The notes under the pieces are model-generated. The model was given only the letters and a program-made list of their open reading frames with translations. It was not told where the DNA came from and did not search any database. Both the position numbers and the translations under genes were made by a program. 64,000 bases of DNA from Bryobacterales bacterium (GTDB taxonomy: Bacteria > Acidobacteriota > Terriglobia > Bryobacterales > UBA6623): NCBI GenBank assembly GCA_963422375.2, contig OY729427.2, forward strand, positions 1,216,001 through 1,280,000, written 5' to 3'. Shown here piece by piece: positions 10,556-22,800 of the stretch; the stretch's first letter is position 1, and each line of letters begins with the position of its first letter.

Positions 10556-12072
10556 GGGAATTATATATCTGAGTGCCGAGGGAATCAAGTCAGCAAATTA
10601 TCAAGCCATTATAAGATTTCATATTTCTTCCGATTTTCCGTTGACATTCTGTGGTATTTATTGGTAGAATAGTTCCAGTAAGGGATATCGTAAATGAAGA
10701 AATCAGGTCCCGGAAAGTGGTTCCGTAAAGGCATCACATTGATCGAAGTGATCGCCATGTTCCGCGATGACGAATCCGCGGAAAAGTGGTTCGCCTCCAT
10801 GCGCTGGCCCGACGGTCCGGTATGCCCCCACTGCCGCGGCTCCAGCGTGCAGTCCGGCACGGCCCACCCTTCGATGCCGTACCGTTGCCGCGGCTGCGGC
10901 AAGCGCTTTTCCGTGCGCACCGGCAGCGTGATGGCCGACACCAAGCTCGGCTACCGCACCCGGGCCGTCGCCCTGTTCCTGCCGACCACCGGCATCAAGG
11001 GCGTCTCGAGCATGAAGCTGCACCGCGACCCGGGCGTCAGCCGGAAGTCGGCCTGGCACTTGGCGCACCGCATCCGCGCGTGCCGGGAGCGGGATCAGGG
11101 CCTGTTCGCCGGCCCGGTGGAGGTGGACGAGACCTACGTCGGCGGCAAGGAACGCAACCGGCACGAGAGCAAGAGGGCCCGCGCCGGGCGCGGGCTCGTC
11201 GGCAAGACCCCGGTGGCGGGGGCGCGGGACCGCGCCACGAACGCAGTGGCCGCGCGGCCGCTGCCGGGCACCGCCAAGGGCGACCTGCAGGGCTTCGTGC
11301 GCGGCCGGGTCGCGCCGGGCGCGCAGGTTCGCTCCGACGAGGCGGCGGCCTGCGCCGGCATGGCGGAGTTCCCGCACGAAGCCGTCAGGCACTCCGGCGG
11401 CGAGTACGTGCGCGGGGCGGCGCATACGAACGGCATCGAATCGTTTCGGTCCCTGTTCAAGCGCGGCCTGTACGGCACCTATCACCGGATGAGCGTCCGT
11501 CATCTCGGCCGCTACCTCACGGAGTTCGCGGGACGGTGCAACGACCGCGACTGCGACACGGCGGAACGGATGCGGCGCATGGCGCGGGGCTTGGTCGGCC
11601 GGACGCTGACCTGCCGGCAGCTGACCGGCAAGGCCGCGGTCGCGGCCTGAGCGGCGCCCGCCGCGCTGAGCGCGGCAGCCCGCTGCGGGCGCGCGCTTCA
11701 CGCTCGGTACGAGGGGCGCACCGGATCCGGCATGCCCCGGCGCGACCCCAGTCCGGTCCGGACCGTCCATGCAGGCCGTCGAGCGCCGGGGATCCGCTGT
11801 CTTCGGCCCTCGCAGGGCCTGCAAGCGGCTTGCAAGGCGTGCCCTGCCACCGCCAACCGGGTTTCACTGGGGCAACCGGGGCATGCGAGGCGGCCTCTCT
11901 AGTCCCTTCCTCGTCCAATCCGCTGGCAGGCTCGATTCAGATACGATCCCACACCCCACCCCTCTGTGCCCGCCGCGGCCGCACTCGAATGACCCCAGCT
12001 CGACACCCACCTCCCTGCTCACAGCAGTTCTAGTCGGATATGGCGTTGTCGGCACTCAGATATATAATTCCC
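10556..12072 (+). mobile_element. IS1595-family element copy 2 (1517 bp, both TIRs); transposase 10694-11650
   Basis: TIR GGGAATTATATATCTGAGTGCCGA at both ends; 318-aa DDE transposase ORF. Confidence 0.95.
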
Positions 12073-12352
12073 TAAAGAAAACCCGATGCCCGCCGAAACA
12101 TGCTCGGAACCTGGTTTCACGATGTGGCATTCCGATATCGGTGCGATCGTCAAAGCAGATATTGGCAAGGATGAGTGGGCCGAATTCCGCGCAGAGGCCG
12201 ACAAGCGTTATGGTCATGCTGGCGGCCTACGCAAGAATGCACTCCACATCGGCGCCAGCCTAGCCTTCGCCTGGGAAGACGGAAGACAGTCGAACAGCCT
12301 CGCACAGGTTTGTGCCGCCATCCTGAACCCGCACAACTACGTGTCCGAATGA
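12073..12352 (+). pseudogene. C-terminal remnant of a gene truncated by IS1595, possibly an OLD/TOPRIM-type nuclease
   Basis: Reading frame runs from the IS end to a stop. The stretch ...YGHAGGLRKNALHIGASLAFAWEDG... resembles OLD-family C-termini (recollection, not searched). Confidence 0.35.
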
Positions 12353-12436
12353 GGCGGCAGAAGCTCAACCAGTCGATATCCTGGCGGCGAGGAGGGTCTG
12401 CCCGACAAGGACTTCAGGGGGACTGGCCAGGCAGAA

Positions 12437-14585
12437 TTACGGGTCACATCCAGGCCAGCTTGTTCCGGTCGAGGCGTCTTGTCTGCCTCCGTTTTTCGCC
12501 AGCTCGTTGGGCGACGGCTTGGCCAGCGAGCCAATGTCCCGTGTCGATCCGTGTCCCGTCCAGTTCCACCGGGGCCATCTGCTGGCTCTGCCCGGTCCGG
12601 CAGCCTGGACCGGTCTGCCGTCGCGGCGGGGTCGAGCGGATCGTCCGGGGCACGATGCGGTTGTCCACAACATGCGACCAGTCGAGCTCCCTGCCGCCTC
12701 CGCCGTCGTCCGCCTCATCCGGCAGCGGCGGCGGCTCGGCGCTGTATCCCATGGCGCGGGCGATGACGGTCGCCGCCTGTGAGGCGGCGTCGCGCAGTGC
12801 GCCGTCGTCGGATGGGCGTAGATGGCGGTGGTCTCGCGCTGGCGGTGCCCGAGCAGCCGCCCGACGGTGGTGAGCCCGACGCCGTTCATGACACCCTGCG
12901 AGGCCCACGTGTGCCGGCAGTCGTGGATGCGAAGGCCCGGGCAGTCCGGCTTCTTCGCGGACGCCCACCCAGAACGTGTAAAGGCGATCCGACGTCAGGT
13001 CCTCAGGGAACACTCGCGCCGCGCCTTCGGTCCGTGGCAAGGCCGCGAGCAGCCGCGCTGCTTCCGGCCCGAGCCAGATCGTGCGCGGCCCGGTCTTGGT
13101 GTCTTCGAGCCGCGCGCTCGCGCCGTCCTCGCCCAGCTCGCCGATTTCGTCCCACTTGAGGTCGATGACTTCGGAGAGCCGCGCCCCAGTGAGGGTCAGC
13201 AGGCGGATGGCGGCAACCGGCCAAGGGTGCTCCTCACGGTGTCGGTCCAAGACCGTTCCGAGACGCTCCAGCTCCGCGTGATCGAGATATCGGGCGACGG
13301 GCCTGCGCGGGTTCCTGACGATGTTGGCGCAGGCGTCGGGGACGCCCTCGTCCAGCTCTCCCCACTGGCGGGCGGAGGCGAGCATGGCGCGCAGGATCTC
13401 GAAGGCGCGGTTGGCCGCGCCGGGCTTGTCCGTGCTCGCCGCGTCGAACCATGCCGAGACCCGCACATGGTCGATGGCGTCGTTGACGATGCCGGAGATG
13501 CGTCCCGCCGCCTCGCGGACGTGCTCGTCGGCGAGATGGGCGTAGCGCTCGGTGGAGGCGACATCGGCATGGCCGAGCAGGCGGCCTACGGTGTAGAGGT
13601 CGAGGCCGCTCATCACGGCGTGGGAGGCGAACGTGTGTCGGCAGTCGTGGATGCGCACCTCGTCAAGCCCGGCGAGTTTGCGCAGCTTCTGCCAGCGCAG
13701 GCCGAGGTCCTTCATCGGGCCGTCGCCCGTCCTGTTCGGGAAGAGGAACCGCCCCTCGCGCGGCAGGCCGTTCAGGACGGCCCGTGCGGGCGGCGGAAGC
13801 TGGATCGCCTTCGGCCCGGTCTTCGAGTCAGGCAGGACGGCGCGGGCGCCGCGTATCCAGTCCCATCTGAGGCCCGTGATCTCGGAGGATCGCGCGCCGG
13901 TGAACAGCAGCAGCCGGATCGCGGCGGCGGCCTGCCGGTCCTCGGCGTGATCCAGTACGAAGCCGAGGCGCTTCAGCTCGTCCAGCGAGAGGAAGCGCTC
14001 GCGCGGGGTCGTTTTGTAGCGGCGCATGTTGCGGCAGGGGTTCGAGCCCTGGGGACGAAGGTCCCACAGCTCGGCCTGCCGCATCATGACGGAGAGCACC
14101 GGCAGGGTCCGGTTGGCGTTGCCGGGCGTGCCGCTCATGGAGTCGAACCAGCGCCGCACATCGGCGCGGTCGACCTCCGGGACGCGCATATTGCCAAAGA
14201 AGGGGATGAGATGGCGGTCGATCAGATGGCGGTTGCCTTCCCGCGTGGACGGTTTCCACCGGCGCCCTTGGCGGCGCATGAACTCCGGCACGAAGTCGGC
14301 GAACAGCGGGTCGGCCTGGCGCTCGGCGTTCGCGGCCGCAATGGTCGCGAGGGCTTTGTCTCTCGCCTCGGCGGCGGTCATTTCGTCCGCGGTGCCGAGG
14401 ACGATGTTCTTCGCACCGAACTGGTGCACGACACGGACGAAGAAGGTCTTCGCGCCGCCCGGGAAAACCCGGAAGCCGAACTTCGGCAGGTCGATGTCAT
14501 AGACGGCGAGGCCGCGCGCACCGGGTTTGTGTTCCCTGAAGGTGCGCCGCAGCGCACGCTCGTTGATGGTCGTGTGGATGGGCAT
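12437..14585 (-). pseudogene. Two tandem tyrosine recombinases fused by deletion; the second is frameshifted
   Basis: First integrase is complete (arm-binding N-terminus, TGARSSE, RIHDCRHT, LLGH, ERYAH). It joins a second catalytic core (TGARLSE; HDCRHT and LLGH..IYAH in shifted frames). Confidence 0.85.
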
Positions 14586-15084
14586 GGCCGCGTCTCCGTT
14601 GTCTGTTCCCTCGGGCGCCGCCCGCTCCAAGGGAACGGAACGGCGGATTTGGGGAGACGACGCGGCCCGCGCGGGGGATCTAGGCCAGAGGCTGAATCCG
14701 GCCTATCCCCCTATCATGTAATGGAAAACGTCCGGTGAAGGCGGACCGGTCGGGTCTCGCTCCATGCACCGTCGGTGCGTGTGGTGTGAGAACCACGCGC
14801 CGAAGGGCGTCCAGATCGCGCTTCCTGACCGCTCAATCCGTCGGGTGATACTTGCGGAGACAGTCCCCGAACCGCCGCGTGGCTTCCAGGCGGCACTATA
14901 GGAAGCACGAGGTAACAGATCAATGCATGAAGGCGTGCGCACCGGCGGCATCATTTACTCGGCCCGCACTGTCGGCGGCGGTGCCGGCTCGCACGTGACC
15001 GCCGCTGAGCAGTGGCCGCCGCACACGTTCCCGCTGCGCAGGATCGAGCCGTGCACACGTTGCCGCTCCGCAGCGTTGCCGCCC

Positions 15085-15225
15085 GCCGCGCCGGGCTTTC
15101 GGCTGCATCCCCTGAAGGGCAACCGTGCGGGCCAGTGGAGCGTCCGCGTCTCGGGCAACTGGCGCGTGGTGTTCCGCTTCTAGGACGGCGAGGCCGTGGA
15201 CGTGGACCTGATCGACTACCACGGA
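15085..15225 (+). pseudogene. higB: HigB (plasmid maintenance killer) toxin remnant
   Basis: PGFRLHPLKGNRAGQWSVRVSGNWRVVFRF*DGEAVDVDLIDYH with TAG at 15181-15183; N-terminus missing. Confidence 0.85.
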
Positions 15226-15243
15226 CCGGAGGGAGTGCTGACC

Positions 15244-15558
15244 ATGAACGACATTGCGAACGATCGCGTCGGCCCGATGCAGAACCCGCCGCACTTGGGC
15301 GAACTCATCCGCGAGAGCATGGACGATGTGGGCTGGGACGTGACCGAGACGGCGGCGCGGCTCGGTTGCGAGCGCGGAACGCTGTCGCGGCTGCTGAACG
15401 GCAAGGCGGGAGTGTCCGCGAACATGGCGCTGTCTTTGGAGGACATCGGCTGGGGCACCGCCGAGCACTGGATGCGGATGCAGGCGAGCTACGAGCTTGC
15501 GCAGGCGCGTCGCGAGAGGGTCGCCGCCGAACGGCGTGCGGGCGCGCTGCACGCATGA
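15244..15558 (+). CDS. higA: HigA antitoxin (HTH XRE)
   Basis: MQNPPHLGELIRE..LSRLLNGKAGVSANMAL..WMRMQASYEL. Confidence 0.9.
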   Translation: MNDIANDRVGPMQNPPHLGELIRESMDDVGWDVTETAARLGCERGTLSRLLNGKAGVSANMALSLEDIGWGTAEHWMRMQASYELAQARRERVAAERRAGALHA

Positions 15559-15673
15559 TCGTTTATCGCGCCATCGTGGACGGACGAGCAACTGATCCGG
15601 CGGCTTCCCTTCATCCATTTCCAACCAATTGCACATCGTCCGGTGCTCGGCGCAGAGCGGGCGGCGCGGTCTG

Positions 15674-18490
15674 ATGCGCTTGTCATGGAACGAGGTGCGC
15701 GTCCGCGCCGCCGCCTTCGCGGAGGATTGGAAAGACGCGGCCTACGAGAAGGGCGAGACGCAGAGTTTCTACAACGCCTTCTTCGACGTGTTCGGGGTGC
15801 GGCGTCGGAACGTCGCGCGATACGAGGCTCACGTCGCGAAGCTCGACAACCGCTCGGGCTTCATCGACCTGTTCTGGCCGGGCGTGCTGCTCGTCGAACA
15901 GAAGAGCGCCGGGCGCGATCTCCGCAAAGCGTACGAACAGGCCGGGGAGTATTTCGACGCGCTGCCGGAACGCGAGCGCCCGCGCTTCATCCTGGTGAGC
16001 GACTTCCAGACCTTCGAGCTTCACGATCTTGACGAGGGCGAGACAGTCGTCTTCCCGCTTGCAGACCTGCCGGCGCATGCCGAGTCGTTCGGCTTCATTC
16101 TCGGGGTGCAGCGCCGGACGTTCTGCGACCAGGACCCAGCTAACATCGAAGCGGCCGAGTTGGTCGGGCGTCTGCACGATGCGCTCGCCGATGCCGGACA
16201 CCGGGGTCACGATCTGGAACGTTTCCTCGTGCGGATGGTGTTCTGCATGTTCGCCGACGACACCGGGGTATTCGAGCCGCGCGATATCTTCCTCGACTTC
16301 GTCGAAACGCGCACCAGGGAGGACGGGGCGGATCTCGGGCCGTGGCTCGCGCAACTGTTCGAGGTGCTCGATACGCCGGAGGACGAACGCGCCGCGACGC
16401 TCGACGAGAACCTGGCACGGTTCCCCTACGTCAACGGCGACCTGTTCGAGGGGCATCTGCGGACGTTTTCGTTCGACGCGGCGATGCGCAGGGCGTTGCT
16501 CGATGCTTGCCGCTTCGACTGGTCGAGTATCTCGCCCGCGATTTTCGGCGCGCTCTTCCAGTCGGTGATGGACCCGGCGGAACGCCGGGCGCAGGGGGCG
16601 CACTACACGACCGAGAAGAATATCCTCAAGGTGATCGAGCCGCTGTTCATGGACGACCTGCGCACCGAGTTCGAGCGGGTGCGCAAGCGCCGTGGCCGGC
16701 TCGCGGCGCTCCGCCAGTTCCAGGCGAAGCTCGGCGGCCTGACGTTCTTCGACCCGGCCTGCGGCTGCGGCAACTTCCTCATCATCGCCTACCGGGAATT
16801 GCGGCTGCTGGAAATTGAGGTCATCGGCGAGATACGGAACGAGACCGCTGCGACGGGTCAGACGGTACTCGATGCGGCGTGGCAGTCAGTGGTGGACGTA
16901 GACCAGTTCTACGGGATCGAGCTTGGCGAGTTCCCGGCCCGCATCGCGGAGACCGCGCTGTGGATGATGGACCACATCATGAACAACCGGTTGAGCCTGG
17001 AGTTCGGCCAGACCTTCGTTCGCATTCCGCTGGAGAAGTCGCCTCACATCGTCCATGGCGATTCGCTGGAAATGAACTGGTCCGGTCTGCTGCCATCGGG
17101 CGATTGCTCCTTCGTGCTGGGCAATCCGCCATTCGTGGGCGCGAAGTACCAGACGGCGGAGCAGCGCGCGCAGGTGCGCGGCATTGCGGCGCTCGGTAGG
17201 AGCGGCGGCACGCTCGATTACGTCGCCGCGTGGTTCATCAAGGCGGGAGAATATCTGAAGGGCAGCCGCGCTCGGATCGGCTTTGTCGCGACCAACTCCA
17301 TCACGCAGGGCGAGCAGGTCGCGCAGATATGGCCGGCGCTGTTCGGGCGCTGCAAGCTGGGGATCGCCTTCGCGCATCGGACCTTCGCATGGGGTTCGGA
17401 CGCGCGCGGGAAGGCGCATGTGCATGTCGTCATTCTCGGCCTCGACCGGCGCAAGGCCGCGCGAGCCGAGAAGCGGTTGTTCAGCTATCCCGATATCAAC
17501 GGCGACCCGGAAGAGAGCAGCCATGGCGCGCTGTCGCCGTACCTGTTCGATGCAGGCGGGCTGTCCGACCCGCATCTGGTGGTGCGGGAGGAAAACGCGC
17601 CGATCAACGGCATGGGCCGATTGATTATCGGCTCCAAGCCCATCGACGGAGGCAACTTCATCTTCGACACGGCGGGACGCGATGCGTTTCTGGAAGCCGA
17701 ACCGGAGGCCGCGCCGTGGCTCCGACCGTTCATCGGGGCACGGGAATACCTGCAGGGAGGCGAGCGCTGGATTCTGGCGTTGCACGATGCACCGCCTGAA
17801 GTTCTTGCGCGGCTACCGGGAGTGCGGGAGCGAATCGCCGCCGTCCGCGCCTACCGCGATGCCAGCAAGAGCGCGCCGACGCGGAAGCTCGCGGCGACGC
17901 CGACGCTCTACCACGTCAACGTTATCCCGACCACACCATTTCTGGTGATTCCGAAGGTCAGTTCGGAGCGGCGCGAATACGTGCCGGTGGGTTGGCTGGA
18001 GCCGCCGACCGTCCCCAGCGATCTGGTGTTCGTCCTTCAGGACGCTTCGCTGGTCGATTTCGCCCTCCTGACCTCGGCCATGCACATGGCGTGGCTGCGC
18101 CACGTCGGCGGGCGGCTGAAGAGCGACTACCGCTATTCCATCGGCCTCGTCTACAACACCTTCCCGACACCGCCCGAAGGCGCGGACCTGTCGAAGCTGG
18201 CACCGCTCGCCCAAGCCGTGCTCGACGCCCGCGCTGCACACCCCAACGCGACGCTCGCCGAGCTCTACGCCCCCGACCTCATGCCGCCCACCCTGCGCCG
18301 CGCCCACCAAGCCCTCGACCGCGCCGTGGACCGCCTCTATCGGCGCGTTGGATTCGCTTCCGAGCGCGAGCGAGTGGAGCATCTGTTCGGTCTGTATGAG
18401 AAGATGATGTCTCCGCTGGAAGCGGGGACGAGAACACGTTCGAGACGCCGGACAAAGATCAAGCGAATGGAGCAAGGGACAACCTCATGA
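15674..18490 (+). CDS. MmeI-like type IIL restriction-modification enzyme (nuclease-N6 MTase-TRD)
   Basis: N-terminal IDLFWPG..VEQKS (PD-ExK), GAHYT, FDPACGCGNF (motif I), GNPPF (motif IV), GGRLKSDYRYS and YNTFP; ORF uninterrupted. Confidence 0.92.
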   Translation: MRLSWNEVRVRAAAFAEDWKDAAYEKGETQSFYNAFFDVFGVRRRNVARYEAHVAKLDNRSGFIDLFWPGVLLVEQKSAGRDLRKAYEQAGEYFDALPERERPRFILVSDFQTFELHDLDEGETVVFPLADLPAHAESFGFILGVQRRTFCDQDPANIEAAELVGRLHDALADAGHRGHDLERFLVRMVFCMFADDTGVFEPRDIFLDFVETRTREDGADLGPWLAQLFEVLDTPEDERAATLDENLARFPYVNGDLFEGHLRTFSFDAAMRRALLDACRFDWSSISPAIFGALFQSVMDPAERRAQGAHYTTEKNILKVIEPLFMDDLRTEFERVRKRRGRLAALRQFQAKLGGLTFFDPACGCGNFLIIAYRELRLLEIEVIGEIRNETAATGQTVLDAAWQSVVDVDQFYGIELGEFPARIAETALWMMDHIMNNRLSLEFGQTFVRIPLEKSPHIVHGDSLEMNWSGLLPSGDCSFVLGNPPFVGAKYQTAEQRAQVRGIAALGRSGGTLDYVAAWFIKAGEYLKGSRARIGFVATNSITQGEQVAQIWPALFGRCKLGIAFAHRTFAWGSDARGKAHVHVVILGLDRRKAARAEKRLFSYPDINGDPEESSHGALSPYLFDAGGLSDPHLVVREENAPINGMGRLIIGSKPIDGGNFIFDTAGRDAFLEAEPEAAPWLRPFIGAREYLQGGERWILALHDAPPEVLARLPGVRERIAAVRAYRDASKSAPTRKLAATPTLYHVNVIPTTPFLVIPKVSSERREYVPVGWLEPPTVPSDLVFVLQDASLVDFALLTSAMHMAWLRHVGGRLKSDYRYSIGLVYNTFPTPPEGADLSKLAPLAQAVLDARAAHPNATLAELYAPDLMPPTLRRAHQALDRAVDRLYRRVGFASERERVEHLFGLYEKMMSPLEAGTRTRSRRRTKIKRMEQGTTS

Positions 18491-18596
18491 CGGGACATGA
18501 TGCTTTTCAAGCGGTTGCCGCCTATACCAATCGACAATCTGAAGATACATTGATCACCCGCATCCGAATCGGCTCATCCATCGAAGGAAGGAACCA

Positions 18597-18954
18597 ATGA
18601 TCGACGTACTTTCCAGACCTGTCAGTGAAATCACCATCGGCAACATCCGAGCGCTGATCGAATCCAAGATTCCCGAAATCGAGCAGGTTGAATGCAAGGA
18701 AACACTACCCGCTAAGCAGGGTGAAGATCCGTGGATGTCCGGCAAGAATAGGATCGAATGCTACGCAAAATACAAGATCCTTAAAGAGGTCGTTGCCTTT
18801 GCCAATGCTTACGGAGGGGTCCTGCTGTTGGATATCCAAGAATCCAGCACAAAGCTATCGGCAGCTGCAGGAATCAACTCGATCCCGAAATGCGTCGATT
18901 TAGCGGATCGTCTGAAGCTGGTGTTTCGCGATCGTGTGGAGCCTCCTCTTCCTG
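18597..18954 (+). pseudogene. Schlafen/AlbA_2 domain protein, truncated by an IS5 remnant
   Basis: EIEQVECKETL..ILKEVVAFANAYGGVLLL, the AlbA_2 signature. Confidence 0.8.
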
Positions 18955-19260
18955 GGGTGTGTTGACACAAGTGCCCCCGTGTGTGGTATGTTTTGCCCTT
19001 GTCGTCCCGGGCGGGAAAAGGGAGGAGAATCAAGCCGGTGGAACTTACGGAAGACCCATGCGGACACATCGCACCGATCCTCCCGAAGCAGCGTGGAAAC
19101 GTCAGTCTGTCGCATCTGCAAGTGCGCAACAAGATCCTCTACGTGGCGGAAAACGACTGCAAGTGGCGCGACCTGGCGCCGCGGTGCGGCAACTGGCACA
19201 CGGTCTACACACGGATGCATCGCTGGTCGAAGAGGGGCGTGCTCGAGCAACTGCAAAGAG
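18955..19260 (+). mobile_element. IS5-family remnant (left end plus DUF4096-type transposase N-terminus)
   Basis: End GGGTGTGTTGACAC; IAPILPKQRGNV..ILYVAENDCKWRDLAPRCGNWHTVYTRMHRW. Confidence 0.8.
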
Positions 19261-19261
19261 A

Positions 19262-19842
19262 CCGTCATCGTCGATGCGCTGCAGTTCAACGAAGCGTTCA
19301 GAGCCCTGCGTATCGATGCGGTTCGTCGAGATGTACGACGTCGGAAACGCAACATTCCTGTGGTGGACCTGCCGTGAAGATGCGGAAGAGGCGATCGACA
19401 CGAGTGTCGTCAGCCCGGCCGTCAGCCGAGCGATGAGCCATTTCCAAAACCGACTTCATGCCATGACGGAGAGGGCGGCTGAGGCGAGGAGCACACGTGA
19501 GGACATCACCGATGCACCCACCCCTTTCTCGGGTTTGTTGTGTAACGAATTCCGTGCTTTCGCCGCACGGTTAAACGCGAATGGCGTTTTCGTTGGCAAG
19601 CTGCGTGACCGTCAAATCGACCCAGATACCATGATGCCCGACTTTCGAAGACGGGTGGCAGACGAGCTGAAGGTGCCGCTTGATGTCGTGGTGGCGCACT
19701 TCGCTGCGCGTCCGGCAGCCCCAACCGAGCAGTTTTCAAAGCAGAAGGCAAGCCATCCACCGGTGCACAGCAAAGCTTCGAGGAGGCAGTACGAACCTCC
19801 GATCTGAACGAGGCTCAGCGGCAGTTCTTGTTGGAGTTCTGA
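19262..19842 (+). pseudogene. Frameshifted accessory gene(s) upstream of the ImmA-UvrD fusion
   Basis: Fragments ..SPAVSRAMSHFQNRL..FVGKLRDRQIDPDT..VVVAHF.. and, after a shift, AEGKPSTGAQQSFEEAVRTSDLNEAQRQFLLEF*, ending 4 bp before the helicase ATG. Confidence 0.55.
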
Positions 19843-19846
19843 TCTC

Positions 19847-22800
19847 ATGGATCCCTTCGAGCCGATCCGTTCCAAGGCAGTGGCGCTTCATGAGGAGTTG
19901 CACTCCGAGGGCAAAGGCCCGTTGGATCCGCTCGCTCTTGTCGAAGCTGCCGCAAGACACTGCGATCTGGACCTTGTATGGCTGTCGCAGGGTGACCCGG
20001 CACTGCAGGGCGCGCGAGCTTTATACGACGACCAAGGCGGAACGATCTGCTGCGAGGAGGGAGGAGGTACGGCAACCCGTGCGCTACTCGTCGCGCACGA
20101 ACTTGGACATTCCGAACTTCACGCTGGCCCCGCGATTTGCGCCAGTTCCGACATTAATCCCTCGCGGAGCACCGAGACCGCGCCATTTGGCCTGCAGCGT
20201 GTCGAGGACTATGCTGCGCGCGCATGGCGTGAACTTCAAGCCAATGTCTATGTGCGCGAACTACTGTTCCCGCGCGCCTTTGCTCGAGAACTTCACCTCG
20301 AGAACAGCCTGACCGCTGCAGAGATCGCCGACCGAACGAAACTTCCGGGGGCGCTAGTTCGGCAACAGTTGTTCGATACGTTGCTCCTGCCGACCATGGT
20401 AGTCGAAGATGAGGCCACACCCGAGATGCCGCACGTACGCAGGCCCGATCCGTCCCAAGAGCGCACGGCAATCCACCGCGGCAGGCCCTTTCTGTTGCAA
20501 GCAGGGCCGGGAACCGGCAAGACACGAACCTTGGTGAGGCGCGTGCTCTCACTGCTGGCTGAAGGCACCGATCCGGCCGCGATCCTTATTCTTACATTCT
20601 CCAATCGTGCTGCCGGCGAACTGTCGGAGCGACTGACTGCGGCTGTCCCGGACGCTGCGCCCAAACTCTGGATCGGAACGTTCCATGCCTTCGGTTTCGA
20701 TCTCGTGCGGCACTACCACGACAAGCTCGAACTCGCGCCTGATCCCTCACTGTTTGACCGCAGCGACGCAATCGAAGTCCTCGAAGACATCTTTCCCACG
20801 CTGCGTTGGTTCATTACCGCAACCTCTGGGATCCGGTGATGGTGCTCATGGACATCGTTAATGCAATCTCTCGCGCAAAGGATGAAATGGTCGGGCCGGA
20901 GCGCTACCGAGTGCTGGTGAAAGCGATGGAGGCGGAAGCGGTCGGTCGCGATGAGGAGGCGCGGATTGCGGCTGCAAAGTGTCTTGAAATCGCGGATATC
21001 TACGACCTTTATGAAGAGGCACTACGCAAACATGGTGGTGTGGACTTTGGCGACCTGATCATGCGCCCCACCCAGTTACTGGAAGACGATAAAGCCGTTC
21101 GCATTGGCGTGCAGCTCCGCCATCGGCACGTACTCGTCGATGAATATCAGGACGTAAATCGGGCCAGAGCACGTCTTCTGAAGACGGTGGCAGGAAATAG
21201 CAAGCGGCTTTGGGTCGTCGGCGATGCGCGACAGTCGATCTATCGATTTCGTGGCTCTTCCTCCGAAAATATGGCTCGGTTCGGCTCCGATTACCCTGAT
21301 TCTGTAACGGATCATCTGGGCGTCAACTATCGCTCGACCGAGCAGATCGTGCATAGCTTTGTCGCGGTGGCACCGCATATTGGCGCGTCGAACGACATGC
21401 TGACCCTCGAGTTGGAGGCTAATCGGAGGAAAGGACCAAGCCGTCCCGAGATCCGCCGTTTCGAGACGCTGAATGAGGAAGCCGAGGGCGTGGCGGCGAG
21501 TATCCGTCAACTTGAAGAAGCGGGGGTGAGGCTCCGCGACCAGGCGATCCTGTGTCGGACCAACCGGCGGCTGAACGAGATTGCCTCGGCACTGGAGATG
21601 CGCGGCATCCCCGTCCTTCACCTTGGCAGCTTGTTTGAGCGGGAAGAGGTTCGTGACCTGCTAGCCGTGCTTAGCTTAGCCGTCGACCCATTCGGCGACG
21701 CATTGGTTAGGGTCGGCGCGATGCCGCGATACGGTCTGATGCTGCAGCATGTGCACAATGTAAGCCGCTTTCTGCGGTCCCTTCAAGAACCCGCATTGGC
21801 GGGACTTGCGAAGGCGGGGCAAGCACCCGGCCTGTCGACATCGGGGCGGAAAGGCATCAAGCGCCTTGCCGCCGATCTGAACGGCCTGTGCTCAAGCACC
21901 AACGCCTGGAAGTTTCTCGCCATCTTTCTCTTCGATCATACGGACGTGGCCAAGGAGTTGGGCTGTGCGACATCCGTAATGGAGTGCATGCGTGCTGCGG
22001 CAGTCTGGCAATTCCTCAATCTTGTGCGCGAGCAGAGTCCGGTGGGGATGGGACTTCCGATACAGCGCACCCTCGATCGAGTGCGGCAGCTGGTGCTGTT
22101 GCCAGAGGAGCGCGACCTGCGACAAGTTCCAGCCGCAGCATTGCATCTCGACGCCGTTCGGTTGATGACCGTCCACGGCAGCAAGGGACTTGAATTCGAG
22201 GCTGTGCACCTCCCTGGACTGACGGTCGCGAGTTTCCCAAGTTCCAACCGCGGCGAGCGTTGTCCGCCGCCTAGGGACATGATCGATGGATCTGGCAATG
22301 CCTCGCCAAGGGAGGTAGCGAAGCGCGCACATATTGACGAGGAGGAATGCCTGTTTTTCGTGGCGCTGTCGTGCGCCCGGACACACCTCCGTCTCTACCA
22401 TGCGCGAAAGCATTCCAATGGAAGCAATCGCTCCCCGTCGTCATTTCTGAACTGGCTCTCCGGCCGGTATGTCCACGAGATGATCAACCCTCTCAAGCTC
22501 TCGCTTCCCACAAACACCCTGCGGATGCAGCCGGTCGAAGTCAGTTGGCCCACGGATTGGGCGGTGACGGACAGCCGTCTGGGCTCTTACGAGAAATGTC
22601 CACGACGCTTCTTCTATACGCATGCTCTGGGACTGGGCGGCGCTCGGAAGTCTACAGCGTTCTCACGTACGCATGATTGCCTTTACGACTTCCTGCGCTG
22701 GCTTGCCGATGCCCGGCGCATGGGCGAACCTGACTTGGACGAGGCGGAAACCGCCTTCGACGCCATCTGGCAAACTCGCGGGCCGGCAGAGCATGCCCTC

